Under the pieces are notes generated by a model that saw only the letters and a list, made by a program, of their open reading frames with translations, was not told the DNA's origin and searched no databases. Shown in pieces: positions 42,182 to 52,394 of a DNA stretch of 64,000 nucleotides; positions within the stretch are counted from its first letter, which is position 1, and every line of letters begins with the position of its first letter. Source of the stretch: a virus. The stretch spans positions 110,396-174,395 of the IMG/VR virus record IMGVR_UViG_3300005529_000024; one strand, 5' to 3'. Position numbers and translations under genes: made by a program.

Positions 42182-42225
42182 TCCCCCTATTTGCTATCCG
42201 TTCTTGCAGATAGGGGGATTTTTTT
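42182..42225 (+). terminator. Intrinsic terminator
   Basis: TCCCCCTATTTGC/GCAGATAGGGGGA stem plus T7. Confidence 0.85.
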
Positions 42226-42237
42226 GTCTAAAATATG

Positions 42238-42266
42238 TTGACAAAATAGACAATACCTGCTATAAT
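42238..42266 (+). promoter_or_regulatory. sigma70-type promoter
   Basis: TTGACA-N17-TATAAT with extended TG. Confidence 0.8.
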
Positions 42267-42402
42267 TTGGTTTGGATAAAGGAGGATACCAATGTGCGAC
42301 AATAAGATTCATCCATGGGACCTAACAATCGGTAAAGGCTGGCTACTTGTCATTTTCCTTATCATATTATTAAAAATCCTCTTATAGAGGGCGAGGTAGG
42401 TA

Positions 42403-42939
42403 ATGACACACACCAATTTTACGTATAAGGCTTTCCTGTTCGCTAAAAAGGCGCACGAGGGCGTAAAACAGACGAGGAAGTACACAGGAGAGGATTACAT
42501 CGTTCACCCTGTCGCTGTGGCTGAATTAGTGGCTTCCGTTCGCCCTACAGACGAAAATTTAATTGCTGCTGCCTTTCTCCATGACACTGTGGAAGACACT
42601 CATGTTACGCTTGAGCAGATCCTTGCGGAGTTCGGAGAGGATGTCGCCAACCTTGTTTCTGAGGTTACAGATGTCTCGAAGCCGAGCGATGGAAATAGAA
42701 AAGCTAGGAAGTATATTGATTTTTTACACATCGCTAGGGCTTCCAAACGTGCGAAGATCCTTAAACTCGCGGATCTGATTGATAATACTAAGACTATCTC
42801 TAAACATGATCCTGAGTTTGCACGAACTTATATCGAGGAAAAAGAAAGGCTTCTCACTGTTTTGAACGAAGCAAATGATGTTTTGTTTGAAAGGGCGCTG
42901 GATTCGATCAAGGAATATTACAAAAACAAGCCGGAGTAA
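42403..42939 (+). CDS. HD-domain (p)ppGpp hydrolase-like protein (small alarmone hydrolase/Mesh1 type)
   Basis: AH...RKYTGEDYIVHP, LHDTVEDT, KLADLIDN. Confidence 0.85.
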   Translation: MTHTNFTYKAFLFAKKAHEGVKQTRKYTGEDYIVHPVAVAELVASVRPTDENLIAAAFLHDTVEDTHVTLEQILAEFGEDVANLVSEVTDVSKPSDGNRKARKYIDFLHIARASKRAKILKLADLIDNTKTISKHDPEFARTYIEEKERLLTVLNEANDVLFERALDSIKEYYKNKPE

Positions 42940-43325
42940 ACTATGAAATGCCATATAACAAGAGCATACGCAGGGATAGGATATAGGTTTTGCAATACCA
43001 AGGATTATTTCCTGGTGCGTGTAGACCCAGATACGATTGGAATTAGTAGTTTCACTAAGCTATTCAAATATCTTGGTCTAGAAGAAAATGGATGTTATTT
43101 GGCTGATTTGAAAATAACTCGTGATAAGCGCAACTTTAATTTTAAATTAAAGAAGATTGATAATGGACATTTCTTTGACTTATACAATGTCAGGAATAAG
43201 CCTCTTCTATGTTTTTGTGGAAAAGAGTTTAAGAAGTATTTTCCTGGGCTATCTAAGAATATGAATCCCAAAGTGCTGTATTGTGTACGTGTTTCTATTA
43301 GGATTATAAAGAAGGTGAGGGCACA

Positions 43326-43697
43326 ATGAGAAAACTTGCTATTGATGATAAAAGGAATTACACAGATGTTAATCTCGTAGCTCGTGATTTCGAGCATGGC
43401 ATCAAGGCATTGGATTTAATGGGGCCTTGGGATCTCCTGTTCCTTGATCATGACTTGGGAGGAGAGAAAACAGGCTACGATATATTAACCTTTATCAACT
43501 TCCTGTCAAACGATGAGCATCCCGTAAGCAAGCCAACGAAGATTAAGCTTGTCACAAGTAATCCTGTTGGCAGAGAAAACATGGAATTCGCGCTTAAGAG
43601 TATGGGATATGTTCTTAATATAAGAGAGCAGGTTTGGGTATTGGTGAACGTTGAACCAGAGATAAGGGAGGATTATGACAAATCAGGAATTTTTTGA
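43326..43697 (+). CDS. Cyclic-phosphate-processing receiver-like domain protein (second copy)
   Basis: IDDKR, LFLDHDLG, TGYDIL, TSNPVG. Confidence 0.75.
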   Translation: MRKLAIDDKRNYTDVNLVARDFEHGIKALDLMGPWDLLFLDHDLGGEKTGYDILTFINFLSNDEHPVSKPTKIKLVTSNPVGRENMEFALKSMGYVLNIREQVWVLVNVEPEIREDYDKSGIF

Positions 43698-44367
43698 TAA
43701 GGTCAAAGACCATCTGTTAACACAGAAAAGAAAAAGTCTCGGTAAAGATCGAAGTTGCAAGTATAGGGGGATCGATAATCTTAAATGTTCTATAGGTAGT
43801 GTAATTCCCGATGAACTCTATGATCCTGATATGGAGGGTAGACTGCCAGGGAATTTAATAACTAAATTTCCTAAGATCGCTGAATTGTTTGCTGGCGTGG
43901 ATTTTAGCCTGATAACAGATCTCCAATTAGTACACGATTGTACTCCCGCCTTAATATGGGAGAATGAGCTTAAAAAAGTGGCATGTAAGTATGGATTAAA
44001 ATTTAAAGTATAGTCATGGACTTCAACCTTCGATTTCTTTATAAACGATATGATTATAGCGAAGTCCAGGGATATATTATTGATGCTCTGCTGATGGCTC
44101 AAGATTATGACCAGATTGAAAAATTAATAGTAGATTGGGGATTTAAGAAAAAGGAGTATGTAAGCGTCAGTAAGTTTGATCCAGGTGAGCATTATCACTG
44201 TTTAGGAGTGAAGTTCAACACTCTCGAAGATGCTAAAAAATTTATAGAAGAAGAGGGTTGTGTCTATAATGGTCTCAAGATAGTATATGTTCGTGATGCT
44301 CTCAATGGAGACTGAAATAAGCAAGTACTGTGCCAAAAGATTAATAAAGAAATAGCAATAAAATCTC

Positions 44368-44395
44368 TTGACAAAATAAACAATGCTGCTATACT
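44368..44395 (+). promoter_or_regulatory. sigma70-type early promoter (conserved spacer class)
   Basis: TTGACA-AAATAAACAATGCTGC-TATACT, identical to the 26134 copy. Confidence 0.8.
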
Positions 44396-44421
44396 GTTTA
44401 TATAAACAACACTAACCTAAC

Positions 44422-45315
44422 ATGGAGGTCAGCATGAAAGTTGATGTGACAGCAGCAAAGAATATCAGCGAAGTTTTGGGGATGGCAAAGCTGGATTACA
44501 ACGTTGTTACGAGACCTGTCTATGACAACGAGGGAAGACGGATCGATGGTTATCAGGCCGTAACTCGTGAGAGTGACTCCCATATCTTCTCGATTATGGG
44601 AGATCGATATGTTCCAATGCAGAACATCGAAGCTTTCTCCTCCCTGGATGAGCTTGGACTTCGGTATGTGTCTGCTGGCAGTTTTGGCGGTAAGACGTTC
44701 GTTCAAGCCCAACTTCCTGGAGAGATCAAGGTTGCCGGGATGGATACCATCAATAAGCTGTTGACTTTTGTGAACTCTTATGATGGATCTGTCTCAATCT
44801 CCTTGTTCTTAACCCTGGTCCGAATCGTCTGCCAGAACACCCTGATGATGGCCCTTCAAAGAGGGGAATACCTCATCCGGGCGAAACATACCCAGACCGC
44901 CAAACTGAAGTTCAAAAACGCGAAGGAACTGTTCGAGGTCGTCAACCTGCAAGTCGAGGGTGTTACGAAGGTTTATGATACCCTCATCAAGACCCCGATG
45001 AAGCTTGCCACTGTCGATGAATTCCTGAAGGAATTGTTTATCGGTGAGAAAGTGGTGGAAGCGAACATCCCCACCAAAACTCTCAACAAGATGGACCGGA
45101 TCAAGTTTCTCTTCGAAAACGGCAAGGGTGCGGATATGCATCGTGGAACTGCATGGGGTCTCTACAATGCTATCTCTGAGTACACCGATCATGAAGCCAA
45201 CACGCGGGGTAGCGAGTCAAAAGAAGAATCCCGTCTCGTGTCGAGCATGTTCGGATCTGGAGCGAAACTGAAAGAGGAATCCTTCAGCAAGCTCCTGGAA
45301 CTCGTGAACGTTTAA
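44422..45315 (+). CDS. DUF932-family phage/plasmid protein
   Basis: YVPMQN, NSYDGS, RIVCQNT, HT, GTAWGLYNAISEYTDH. Confidence 0.85.
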   Translation: MEVSMKVDVTAAKNISEVLGMAKLDYNVVTRPVYDNEGRRIDGYQAVTRESDSHIFSIMGDRYVPMQNIEAFSSLDELGLRYVSAGSFGGKTFVQAQLPGEIKVAGMDTINKLLTFVNSYDGSVSISLFLTLVRIVCQNTLMMALQRGEYLIRAKHTQTAKLKFKNAKELFEVVNLQVEGVTKVYDTLIKTPMKLATVDEFLKELFIGEKVVEANIPTKTLNKMDRIKFLFENGKGADMHRGTAWGLYNAISEYTDHEANTRGSESKEESRLVSSMFGSGAKLKEESFSKLLELVNV

Positions 45316-45328
45316 AATGTTTAAATCG

Positions 45329-45357
45329 GCTCTCCCTCGAAAGAGGGGGAGCTTATT
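45329..45357 (+). terminator. Probable terminator hairpin
   Basis: GCTCTCCCTC-GAAA-GAGGGGGAGC then TTATT. Confidence 0.6.
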
Positions 45358-45383
45358 AAGCACTTTAGGCGAGGAGAAAGGAA

Positions 45384-46247
45384 ATGTTCTGGAAAGATGC
45401 CTGTTCAGCTAGTAGTACAGGTTTAGCGGTTAGGCGAACAAAAAATGGCAACACCATGCTCTGCTACCCTGATGGGACTATAGAGGTCCAATGTTCTGGT
45501 GATCCTTCTCTTAATGATCAAGAGGCATTGGATGATTTGTTTGATGAGTCCAACCATGACTGGCTACCACAGCTTGTAACCCAGAAAGTTATTCAACATC
45601 CTCTCATTGGTATAGAGTGGGAAGTACAGTTGAGCTTTCCGAAGTTAGGAAAAAGACAAGTATCTGCTGATTGGATACAATATATACCTTGCTCGTTTGA
45701 GTTTCTTGGCGAGCGCGTATCTTTAAAAATAGACTCATCTCTGATTTCAAAGTATGTTGATCTTGATCAAGGGAATATAGAGTTTCGTTCTGAACCTGTT
45801 GCAATCTCTGATCTTGACCAAGAGATAAAGCGAGTAGAGAAGATACTGGCAAACACTATTACCCAGATAAGTAAAGACACAAAACAAGATATCGGTGTCT
45901 TTCTCCCAAGTACCATGAGATGGGATTATTTTCCAAAAGTTACAAAACATGTTTCGATTTCAATCCCTAATCATTATGATTATCCGGACTTTATTTTTGA
46001 AGCTATTGCTGCTAAGATGGTTAATATCAAAGAAGGGGATTATCATCGCTGTAGGCTTCATGTCCGAGTACCATATACTTTCTGTGATTATGAGGAGCTT
46101 TTTAACAAAACGATTGACTTCATTAAGCACAATACGAAAAAGCAGTATATGGATTACATCAAATCTTTATACGCAGAGGATCAGCCAATCAGGTTTGTCG
46201 GTTATGTGAAGAACAAAAATTGGGTGAGGGTAAGGGGATTAATCTGA
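45384..46247 (+). CDS. Paralog family A member 1 (COOH-NH2 ligase-like motifs)
   Basis: GIEWEVQLS, DQGNIEFRS, KHVSIS, RLHVRVPY, C-terminal FVGY..GLI. Confidence 0.5.
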   Translation: MFWKDACSASSTGLAVRRTKNGNTMLCYPDGTIEVQCSGDPSLNDQEALDDLFDESNHDWLPQLVTQKVIQHPLIGIEWEVQLSFPKLGKRQVSADWIQYIPCSFEFLGERVSLKIDSSLISKYVDLDQGNIEFRSEPVAISDLDQEIKRVEKILANTITQISKDTKQDIGVFLPSTMRWDYFPKVTKHVSISIPNHYDYPDFIFEAIAAKMVNIKEGDYHRCRLHVRVPYTFCDYEELFNKTIDFIKHNTKKQYMDYIKSLYAEDQPIRFVGYVKNKNWVRVRGLI

Positions 46248-46249
46248 TT

Positions 46250-47131
46250 ATGGATAACGTAGATAATACGCCAACTGTAGAGTTTATCAGAACCGGACCT
46301 GATAGCTATGTTCTTCTACATACGGGGCAGGAGATTACTTTTGATCTTTCAGATGTATTCCCCACTGATAATGACTTTAAGCATGTTAGACCTGGTAGGC
46401 AAGAAGTTAAACATCCATTGATTGGTGTGGAATGGGAGGTACAGCTAAGCTTACCAAAATCAGGAAATAAACAAGTATACGCGCTGAGAACAAAATCTTC
46501 TCAATGTATTGTAAGCGAGCACGTTCCTTCTGATAAAGATAAAAGCTTGTTTATACTCACGATACCAGAAGCTTTGCTGAAAGAGTATAATGCATTGCCG
46601 GATTTAGGGAATATAGAGATTCGTTCCAATCCAGTCAAGATCTCAGATTTGCCGAAAGAAATAAAGAGATCTGAAACGAACTTGGCTAATATTATTAATA
46701 AAATACATGCAGATATTCAGCAACCGATAGGTGTCTTTCTTCCAGGTACTAAGAAATTTAGTAGCGAGTATAGTAATTTTCTTGAGGCTAATTTATACTC
46801 AGGACTGACAAAGCATGTGAATATCTCGATTCCATCAGCAGATCTACCTTTGTCAACATATGATGTGGATACTATTCTTCCTTCGCTCGTAATGGCAAAA
46901 GATGGTGATTATCACTCTGTTAGAGTTCATATTCGTGTGCCATATACATTCTGTGATTACAGAGAATTGTTTAATAAAACAGTTGCCCTTCTTGAAGATG
47001 GAATGTGTGATAAACTACTGAGAAGTCAATATAGGGAATATATTCAATCCATGTTTGAAGAGGATCATCCAATTCGTTTTGTTGGTTATTTAAAGAGCCA
47101 GAGTTGGGTAAGAGTGAAGGGATTAATATAA
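46250..47131 (+). CDS. Paralog family A member 2
   Basis: GVEWEVQLS, DLGNIEIRS, KHVNIS, RVHIRVPY; likely start MDNV (ORF track 46220). Confidence 0.5.
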   Translation: MDNVDNTPTVEFIRTGPDSYVLLHTGQEITFDLSDVFPTDNDFKHVRPGRQEVKHPLIGVEWEVQLSLPKSGNKQVYALRTKSSQCIVSEHVPSDKDKSLFILTIPEALLKEYNALPDLGNIEIRSNPVKISDLPKEIKRSETNLANIINKIHADIQQPIGVFLPGTKKFSSEYSNFLEANLYSGLTKHVNISIPSADLPLSTYDVDTILPSLVMAKDGDYHSVRVHIRVPYTFCDYRELFNKTVALLEDGMCDKLLRSQYREYIQSMFEEDHPIRFVGYLKSQSWVRVKGLI

Positions 47132-48465
47132 CTAGGAGGTATCACCATGGAAAGCATGAAGTCTTTGATTCTGGAAGCACAAAATGAATCCACAGTTGAC
47201 GGCAAGCTTGAAGCTGCTCAGAAAGCACTTAAGACCATGGGGTTTGACATCGCTAATGGTGACATGGCGAGTGTAGAAGTCACAGAGAATGGTTGTATCA
47301 TCTTTACATTTTATCCGGAGGAAGGAGAGTAAGATGGCTCGAATCGGTTTGTCTTTTTCGAAACGCATTGAACTGCTCAAGACTTTGCGTGAGTCGTTGC
47401 CGAAAGATAGGGTCTTGGAAGCTTATAAAAACATCCTTCCTAAATTTGAGAAGCGTGTTGATAAGCAAGACTTTACTTCCGTATTAAAGCTCGCATTAAG
47501 AGAACAAAAGAAATACCGCAAACCATGTGGCGGTTGTTTTTCCCTTAAAGACATAGAAGATCTTTCAGGGGGATCTTACGGTGCGCCGGAGAGTATCAGC
47601 ATACTTGTTTCCAGAATAAGAATAGCTTGTATGAAACTGACGTATCCTCTCCTTGCCAATCTGCCAAGTGAAGCTAAACGAGGTGACGAAGAAGAACCAG
47701 AATATGAAGATTCTGAGTTTATACGTGCTGCTGAGCTTCAGAGTAGAAAGGTATTGCAGTTAGTCGGTAAGCACTTTAGATGTTTATCTAAACCAATACC
47801 CATTTCGATTGAAAGTACAGAGGACGCTCAAACCTACTCTGAATATGTTTCTGAGCTTCTTAGAGCATTTGATCTGGCTTATTCTGAAATGAAAGAGGAT
47901 ATCATCATGAATAAGATTAATGAAGGTCATGACTTAAAGCCTGTTGTAACATCGGATTATAGATAAACAAAATTATCAACATGGAGGTGTCACATGGATG
48001 ACTTTGATAAGTATACTATGAAGATGGAGCTTCCGGGTAAGAGTGACTTCACCACATGGTATGTCTATAGAAACGGTGTTATGCTTGCTAAAGGTAAGAC
48101 GGTAGCTGATTGTGTAACTGAATTGAATAATCTTAAGTGGGATGATATAAAAATATTGCCCTCTACTATAAAGAGTAAGTTGGATCTTGAGGGACTTGGC
48201 TTTACTGTCGGCAGAGAAGTTAATGAAGAGCAATATAAAGCTGCACGAATCAAATTCTATGATGAGCAGAATAGGCTTCATGACCTGTTTAGGAAAGATC
48301 TCTTTGAGGAGTTCGGTGTCGAGGATAATCCGAAATCAAACTATGCTTTTGGTATAGCTTGGGATAGAGGGCATAGCTCTGGACTTCATGAGGTGTATCA
48401 GCATTTTGCTGAGCTTGCTCCGTTGCTCCAGTAAGAGGATGGAAACATTACATATGAAAGATTAC

Positions 48466-48489
48466 CCTAACTTCACATTTTTTGCGTCT
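48466..48489 (+). promoter_or_regulatory. Putative phage-specific promoter CCTA-N14-GCGTCT
   Basis: Exact-spacing copy in intergenic region. Confidence 0.65.
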
Positions 48490-48639
48490 AATCTTTTAAA
48501 TTTTTAATTTAAATTTAAAGAATGAAGATTTAAAAATTAGTATAGATTTAAAATAAAAAATTAGTAATAAAAAAATTACAAAAGATCTAAATTAGCCGGT
48601 CTTTTCAAAGCTCTTTTAAAATTTTAAGGAATAAAAGAT

Positions 48640-49620
48640 ATGCTGGAAGTAGATTATATTTCGTTAGAAGATATTGAACAAATAATTAATAATGCAAATA
48701 GCTGGAATAGTAGTCTAAAGACAACAGCAGAAAATTTTCTTGTTAAAACAACTAAACCAAAAGTTCTTGGTGAAGATTATTATCTTCATACATTAGAACC
48801 TTTCCCTCATCCCGATTATCCGTTAATCGGATTAGAATGGGAAGTGCAGTTATCACTTCCTTCTCATGGTACGTATCCCGTCATTTGTTATGTCACATCA
48901 AAAAATAAACCACAACTTTTCTTTGTAGACAGAAAGGATGAAGAGACTTACTTTGATACTTTTACTCGATATCCTCGTTTACATTCTTTTGTTCTAGGTA
49001 TACCATATGATTTAATGGAAAAGTACTGTATGTTTATTGATATGGGTAACATTGAGATATCAACTTATCCTTGTGGTAAAAGTGATTTTAAAAATGCAGT
49101 TAAGGAGGCAGAAGGAAGATTATTTTCTCTTATTGAAGAGTTAGCTAAGGAAGTTGGTCCTATTGGTGTATTACTACCTATTCCCGAACATTTACTTCAT
49201 AATAATCCATTGAGTGCTCATCTTAGGCCAACTAAGCATATTAATATTTCTTCGAAGAAGATTTCCAAGTATGTCATTGTAAACAATGTGAGTTATGATG
49301 GACTCTATCATAGTTGTAAGATTGATTATAAGATAGGCTTTTATGGAGTAAGATGTCATATCTTTCTTCCATATAACTTCAAGAACTATGATGATTTGTT
49401 TGTTATCTTCGAAGACAATACTCCTCTTACTACTCCATTGGATTCATATAATTTCGATGAGATCTCTAGACTGGAGAATTATTATCTTGAGGATTATTTG
49501 AAGCCACAGATTGAGAAAGCTGCATTGAGGAGCTTGGCGAAGGAAGGCCAAATGAAAGATCCGATCTTGGTTGGATACTGCAAACACGAAAAATTTTTTA
49601 GGGTTAACGGATTAGTTTAG
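48640..49620 (+). CDS. Paralog family A member 3
   Basis: GLEWEVQLS, DMGNIEIST, KHINIS, RCHIFLPY. Confidence 0.5.
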   Translation: MLEVDYISLEDIEQIINNANSWNSSLKTTAENFLVKTTKPKVLGEDYYLHTLEPFPHPDYPLIGLEWEVQLSLPSHGTYPVICYVTSKNKPQLFFVDRKDEETYFDTFTRYPRLHSFVLGIPYDLMEKYCMFIDMGNIEISTYPCGKSDFKNAVKEAEGRLFSLIEELAKEVGPIGVLLPIPEHLLHNNPLSAHLRPTKHINISSKKISKYVIVNNVSYDGLYHSCKIDYKIGFYGVRCHIFLPYNFKNYDDLFVIFEDNTPLTTPLDSYNFDEISRLENYYLEDYLKPQIEKAALRSLAKEGQMKDPILVGYCKHEKFFRVNGLV

Positions 49621-49644
49621 CCTAACCTATACTTTTTTGCGTCT
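49621..49644 (+). promoter_or_regulatory. Putative phage-specific promoter CCTA-N14-GCGTCT
   Basis: Exact-spacing copy immediately after a stop codon. Confidence 0.7.
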
Positions 49645-49973
49645 TGGAAAGGTAGAATATGTGTCAACGAAACTTAAATAATGTTACATTGGAAGAGTAC
49701 ATCGAAGAGACTGGTGGGTTGACTGAGCTTCTTTATGCAATTGAAAGATTAGGACATGCGAATGGTTTTAACTGGAACTATCAGATAGATGCCATGGTTC
49801 GTGAAATAGAGATTAGAGCTAAGATCTTTAATTAGGAGGATCAATATGTTACAGTCTTTTGCATATCTCGCTGAGCATCATATAGTGTTGTTAGAATTTT
49901 TAGGAGTTTTGTTTGGATTTTTTGTTGCTTGGTTACTTGATGAGTTTCTTAATTTCTTCTAATGGAGATTCAA

Positions 49974-50405
49974 ATGTCATTTGAAGGTGCGTGGAATAAT
50001 GATTCCACATCGGGTTGGGTTGGAATTGATTTAGACGGTACTCTTGCTATCTATGATGGTTGGAACAATGGAGAGATTGGAGCACCTATCGAGAGCAATG
50101 TCAATAAAGTTAAAGTATGGCTTCGGTTAGGCTATCGTGTTAAGGTTATGACTGCCAGAGCGAACGACATAAAACAGATTAAGATCGTTCAGGATTGGTT
50201 AGTTAAACAGGGTCTTCCTCCTCTTGATGTCACAAGTGTTAAAGATTTCCTGATGATTGAACTACATGATGATCGTGCTGTTGCTTACGAGACGAACACA
50301 GGCAGACAGTTAAGCCCTAGCCGTGTTGATAATTATATCAATGATCCTAAAGCTGCTTTCAGACAGCTTAGTTACTTTTTACTTTCTCAAGATAATAAGG
50401 AATGA
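49974..50405 (+). CDS. HAD-superfamily phosphatase (PNKP-phosphatase-like)
   Basis: DLDGTL, MTAR, HDDRA. Confidence 0.75.
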   Translation: MSFEGAWNNDSTSGWVGIDLDGTLAIYDGWNNGEIGAPIESNVNKVKVWLRLGYRVKVMTARANDIKQIKIVQDWLVKQGLPPLDVTSVKDFLMIELHDDRAVAYETNTGRQLSPSRVDNYINDPKAAFRQLSYFLLSQDNKE

Positions 50406-50842
50406 TCATGAACCAAGAACTTGGTACTAATCCAAAGGATTTGATCGGTAGTAAGAAAGTCTCATCAACAAAACTTCCTGCTGTTGCTATCATTCATGGC
50501 GCTCATGCAATGATGGATGGAGCCAGAAAGTATGGCCCGTATAACTGGAGAAAGAATAAGGTCGTTGCCAGTATCTATATCGATGCAGCACAGCGGCATC
50601 TTCTCTCCTGGTTGGAAGGAGAAGAGATTGCTGAGGATAGTTCAGCACATCATTTAGGGCATGCGATTGCTTGTTGTGCGATTCTTTTAGATGCACAAGA
50701 AACAGGCAACCTTGTTGATGACCGCCCTGGACATGATAAGATCGTGACAAAACTCCTGGAGCGTATTCGTGCTATACTTGAATGTAAACCTAAAGCTACA
50801 ACGAAAAGAAAAAAGACAGTTAAAGGTAGAAACAAAAAGTAA
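50402..50842 (+). CDS. dATP/dGTP diphosphohydrolase-like (DUF5664) protein
   Basis: GARKYGPYNWRK, AAQRHL, EDSSAHHLGHA. Confidence 0.75.
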   Translation: MIMNQELGTNPKDLIGSKKVSSTKLPAVAIIHGAHAMMDGARKYGPYNWRKNKVVASIYIDAAQRHLLSWLEGEEIAEDSSAHHLGHAIACCAILLDAQETGNLVDDRPGHDKIVTKLLERIRAILECKPKATTKRKKTVKGRNKK

Positions 50843-51034
50843 ATAATATATGAGGGAACGTGCTATGAAAGACAGAATCAGGGTATTCCTTTTCAATCTT
50901 TCCAGATTGCCACAGAGGATGATGGCAAATCATTTACGCAAGCGTGGATGGGTTGCTTTCTATCTGGAGAAGGAAGCGCGGAAGTGTAATCAAGGATGTT
51001 GCTGGTTAGCAATTTATGAGTATGAGGTGAAGAA

Positions 51035-51448
51035 GTGAAAGTTTATATTGCAGGGACATTCGCCAATCGTAATAAATTAAGGCCGGTTCGCAATCAACTA
51101 TGGGAGATGGGGCACCAGGTCGTTTCCAGTTGGCTTGATGAAACGTCTAAACCAGCTTTCATGACTGCTGAAGAGTACCAAAGAAAGCTTGCGATTAAAG
51201 ATCTATGTGAGGTCTCTTCTGCTGATCTAATCATTGTTGATTGTGAGTCTATTAGCGGTGGAAAAAATTGCGAATTAGGATTCTCTCTGAGAGGGTTTCA
51301 TAATCATATCATCTGGACTGTCGGTGATCCAAACAATATCTTTCAAGTCTTAGTTGACCGACATTTTGATACTTGGAAAGACTGTCTTAAGTTTGCATTA
51401 GAGTACCATCCTGGCACTAAATCAATTGATGCGAATAAGGTGAAGTAA
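51035..51448 (+). CDS. Nucleoside 2-deoxyribosyltransferase-like protein
   Basis: KVYIAG, DL...ADLII, GKNCELG. Confidence 0.65.
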   Translation: MKVYIAGTFANRNKLRPVRNQLWEMGHQVVSSWLDETSKPAFMTAEEYQRKLAIKDLCEVSSADLIIVDCESISGGKNCELGFSLRGFHNHIIWTVGDPNNIFQVLVDRHFDTWKDCLKFALEYHPGTKSIDANKVK

Positions 51449-52296
51449 TGGGTTATCAGGACGAGTTATACGTTGGTATCGAATGGGAAACTCAACTATC
51501 TGTTCCTGCTCTTGGGAATAAACAGATCTTCGCCATGTATCAGGACCCAGATGGTTTCGACCGTAAGAGGGAGTTGACATCCATATATCTTTCATTTTTT
51601 ACTAATTATCCCATTAAAGATGTCATGAATAATGATCTCTTTGATGTTTTCCCAATATTACATGATCCACCTAAACCGCTTTATTTTAAGTCCTCTCCTA
51701 TGGAGTACTTTCCAATTTCTCTTGATGTCGGCAACATTGAGGTTCGTAGTTTCCCAACAAAATTACGCGATGTCAACCAATCTATTAAAGCAGCAGAATC
51801 AGAGTTAGCTGCTTTCACAAATTCATTTACCCCACAACACGATTATGGTTTATTTCTTCCTACATCTTTATTGGATGATACGAATTGTATTGCTCCATCA
51901 AAGCATTTAAATTTTAGCGCAATCGGAATCGTAGACTCAATTCTTGCAAAAGAATATTTTCCCAAATATAAAAATATGAGATCTATTGAGGTAGCATCAG
52001 AAGATGCCTATGGAGACTATACCAATGAATATTTCTATCTCTCTCCAGGGTACAGTGATATGAATCATTGTTACAGACTTCACATTTCTGTGCCGTATAA
52101 TTATACCGATTATGATCATATCGGATCTTTAGTTTATACTATTATTAAATCAAAATCTAAAAGTAAAGCTATGGATTATATGTATTCATTATCAGAATAT
52201 TTATCTTCATGGTGTAAGGATAATGAGGCAGATAAACAAACATTCGTAGGTTACACAAAAAATAAAAAGTGGACTCAAATTAAAGGACTTATTTGA
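51448..52296 (+). CDS. Paralog family A member 4
   Basis: GIEWETQLS, DVGNIEVRS, KHLNFS, RLHISVPY, FVGY..GLI. Confidence 0.5.
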   Translation: MGYQDELYVGIEWETQLSVPALGNKQIFAMYQDPDGFDRKRELTSIYLSFFTNYPIKDVMNNDLFDVFPILHDPPKPLYFKSSPMEYFPISLDVGNIEVRSFPTKLRDVNQSIKAAESELAAFTNSFTPQHDYGLFLPTSLLDDTNCIAPSKHLNFSAIGIVDSILAKEYFPKYKNMRSIEVASEDAYGDYTNEYFYLSPGYSDMNHCYRLHISVPYNYTDYDHIGSLVYTIIKSKSKSKAMDYMYSLSEYLSSWCKDNEADKQTFVGYTKNKKWTQIKGLI

Positions 52297-52394
52297 CAAA
52301 CATTGTCATGGTGAACAAAAATTGTTAACACGATTTCTTACATACACAACTTACTTTTTTACTTCTCTTTTAAATAAAAAATCCCACAAAAGAC

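Noticed and set aside
50402-50842. Z-base (2-aminoadenine) or 7-deazaguanine DNA pathway
   Set aside because: The diphosphohydrolase alone is insufficient; no PurZ or QueC/D/E/DpdA genes are visible in this window
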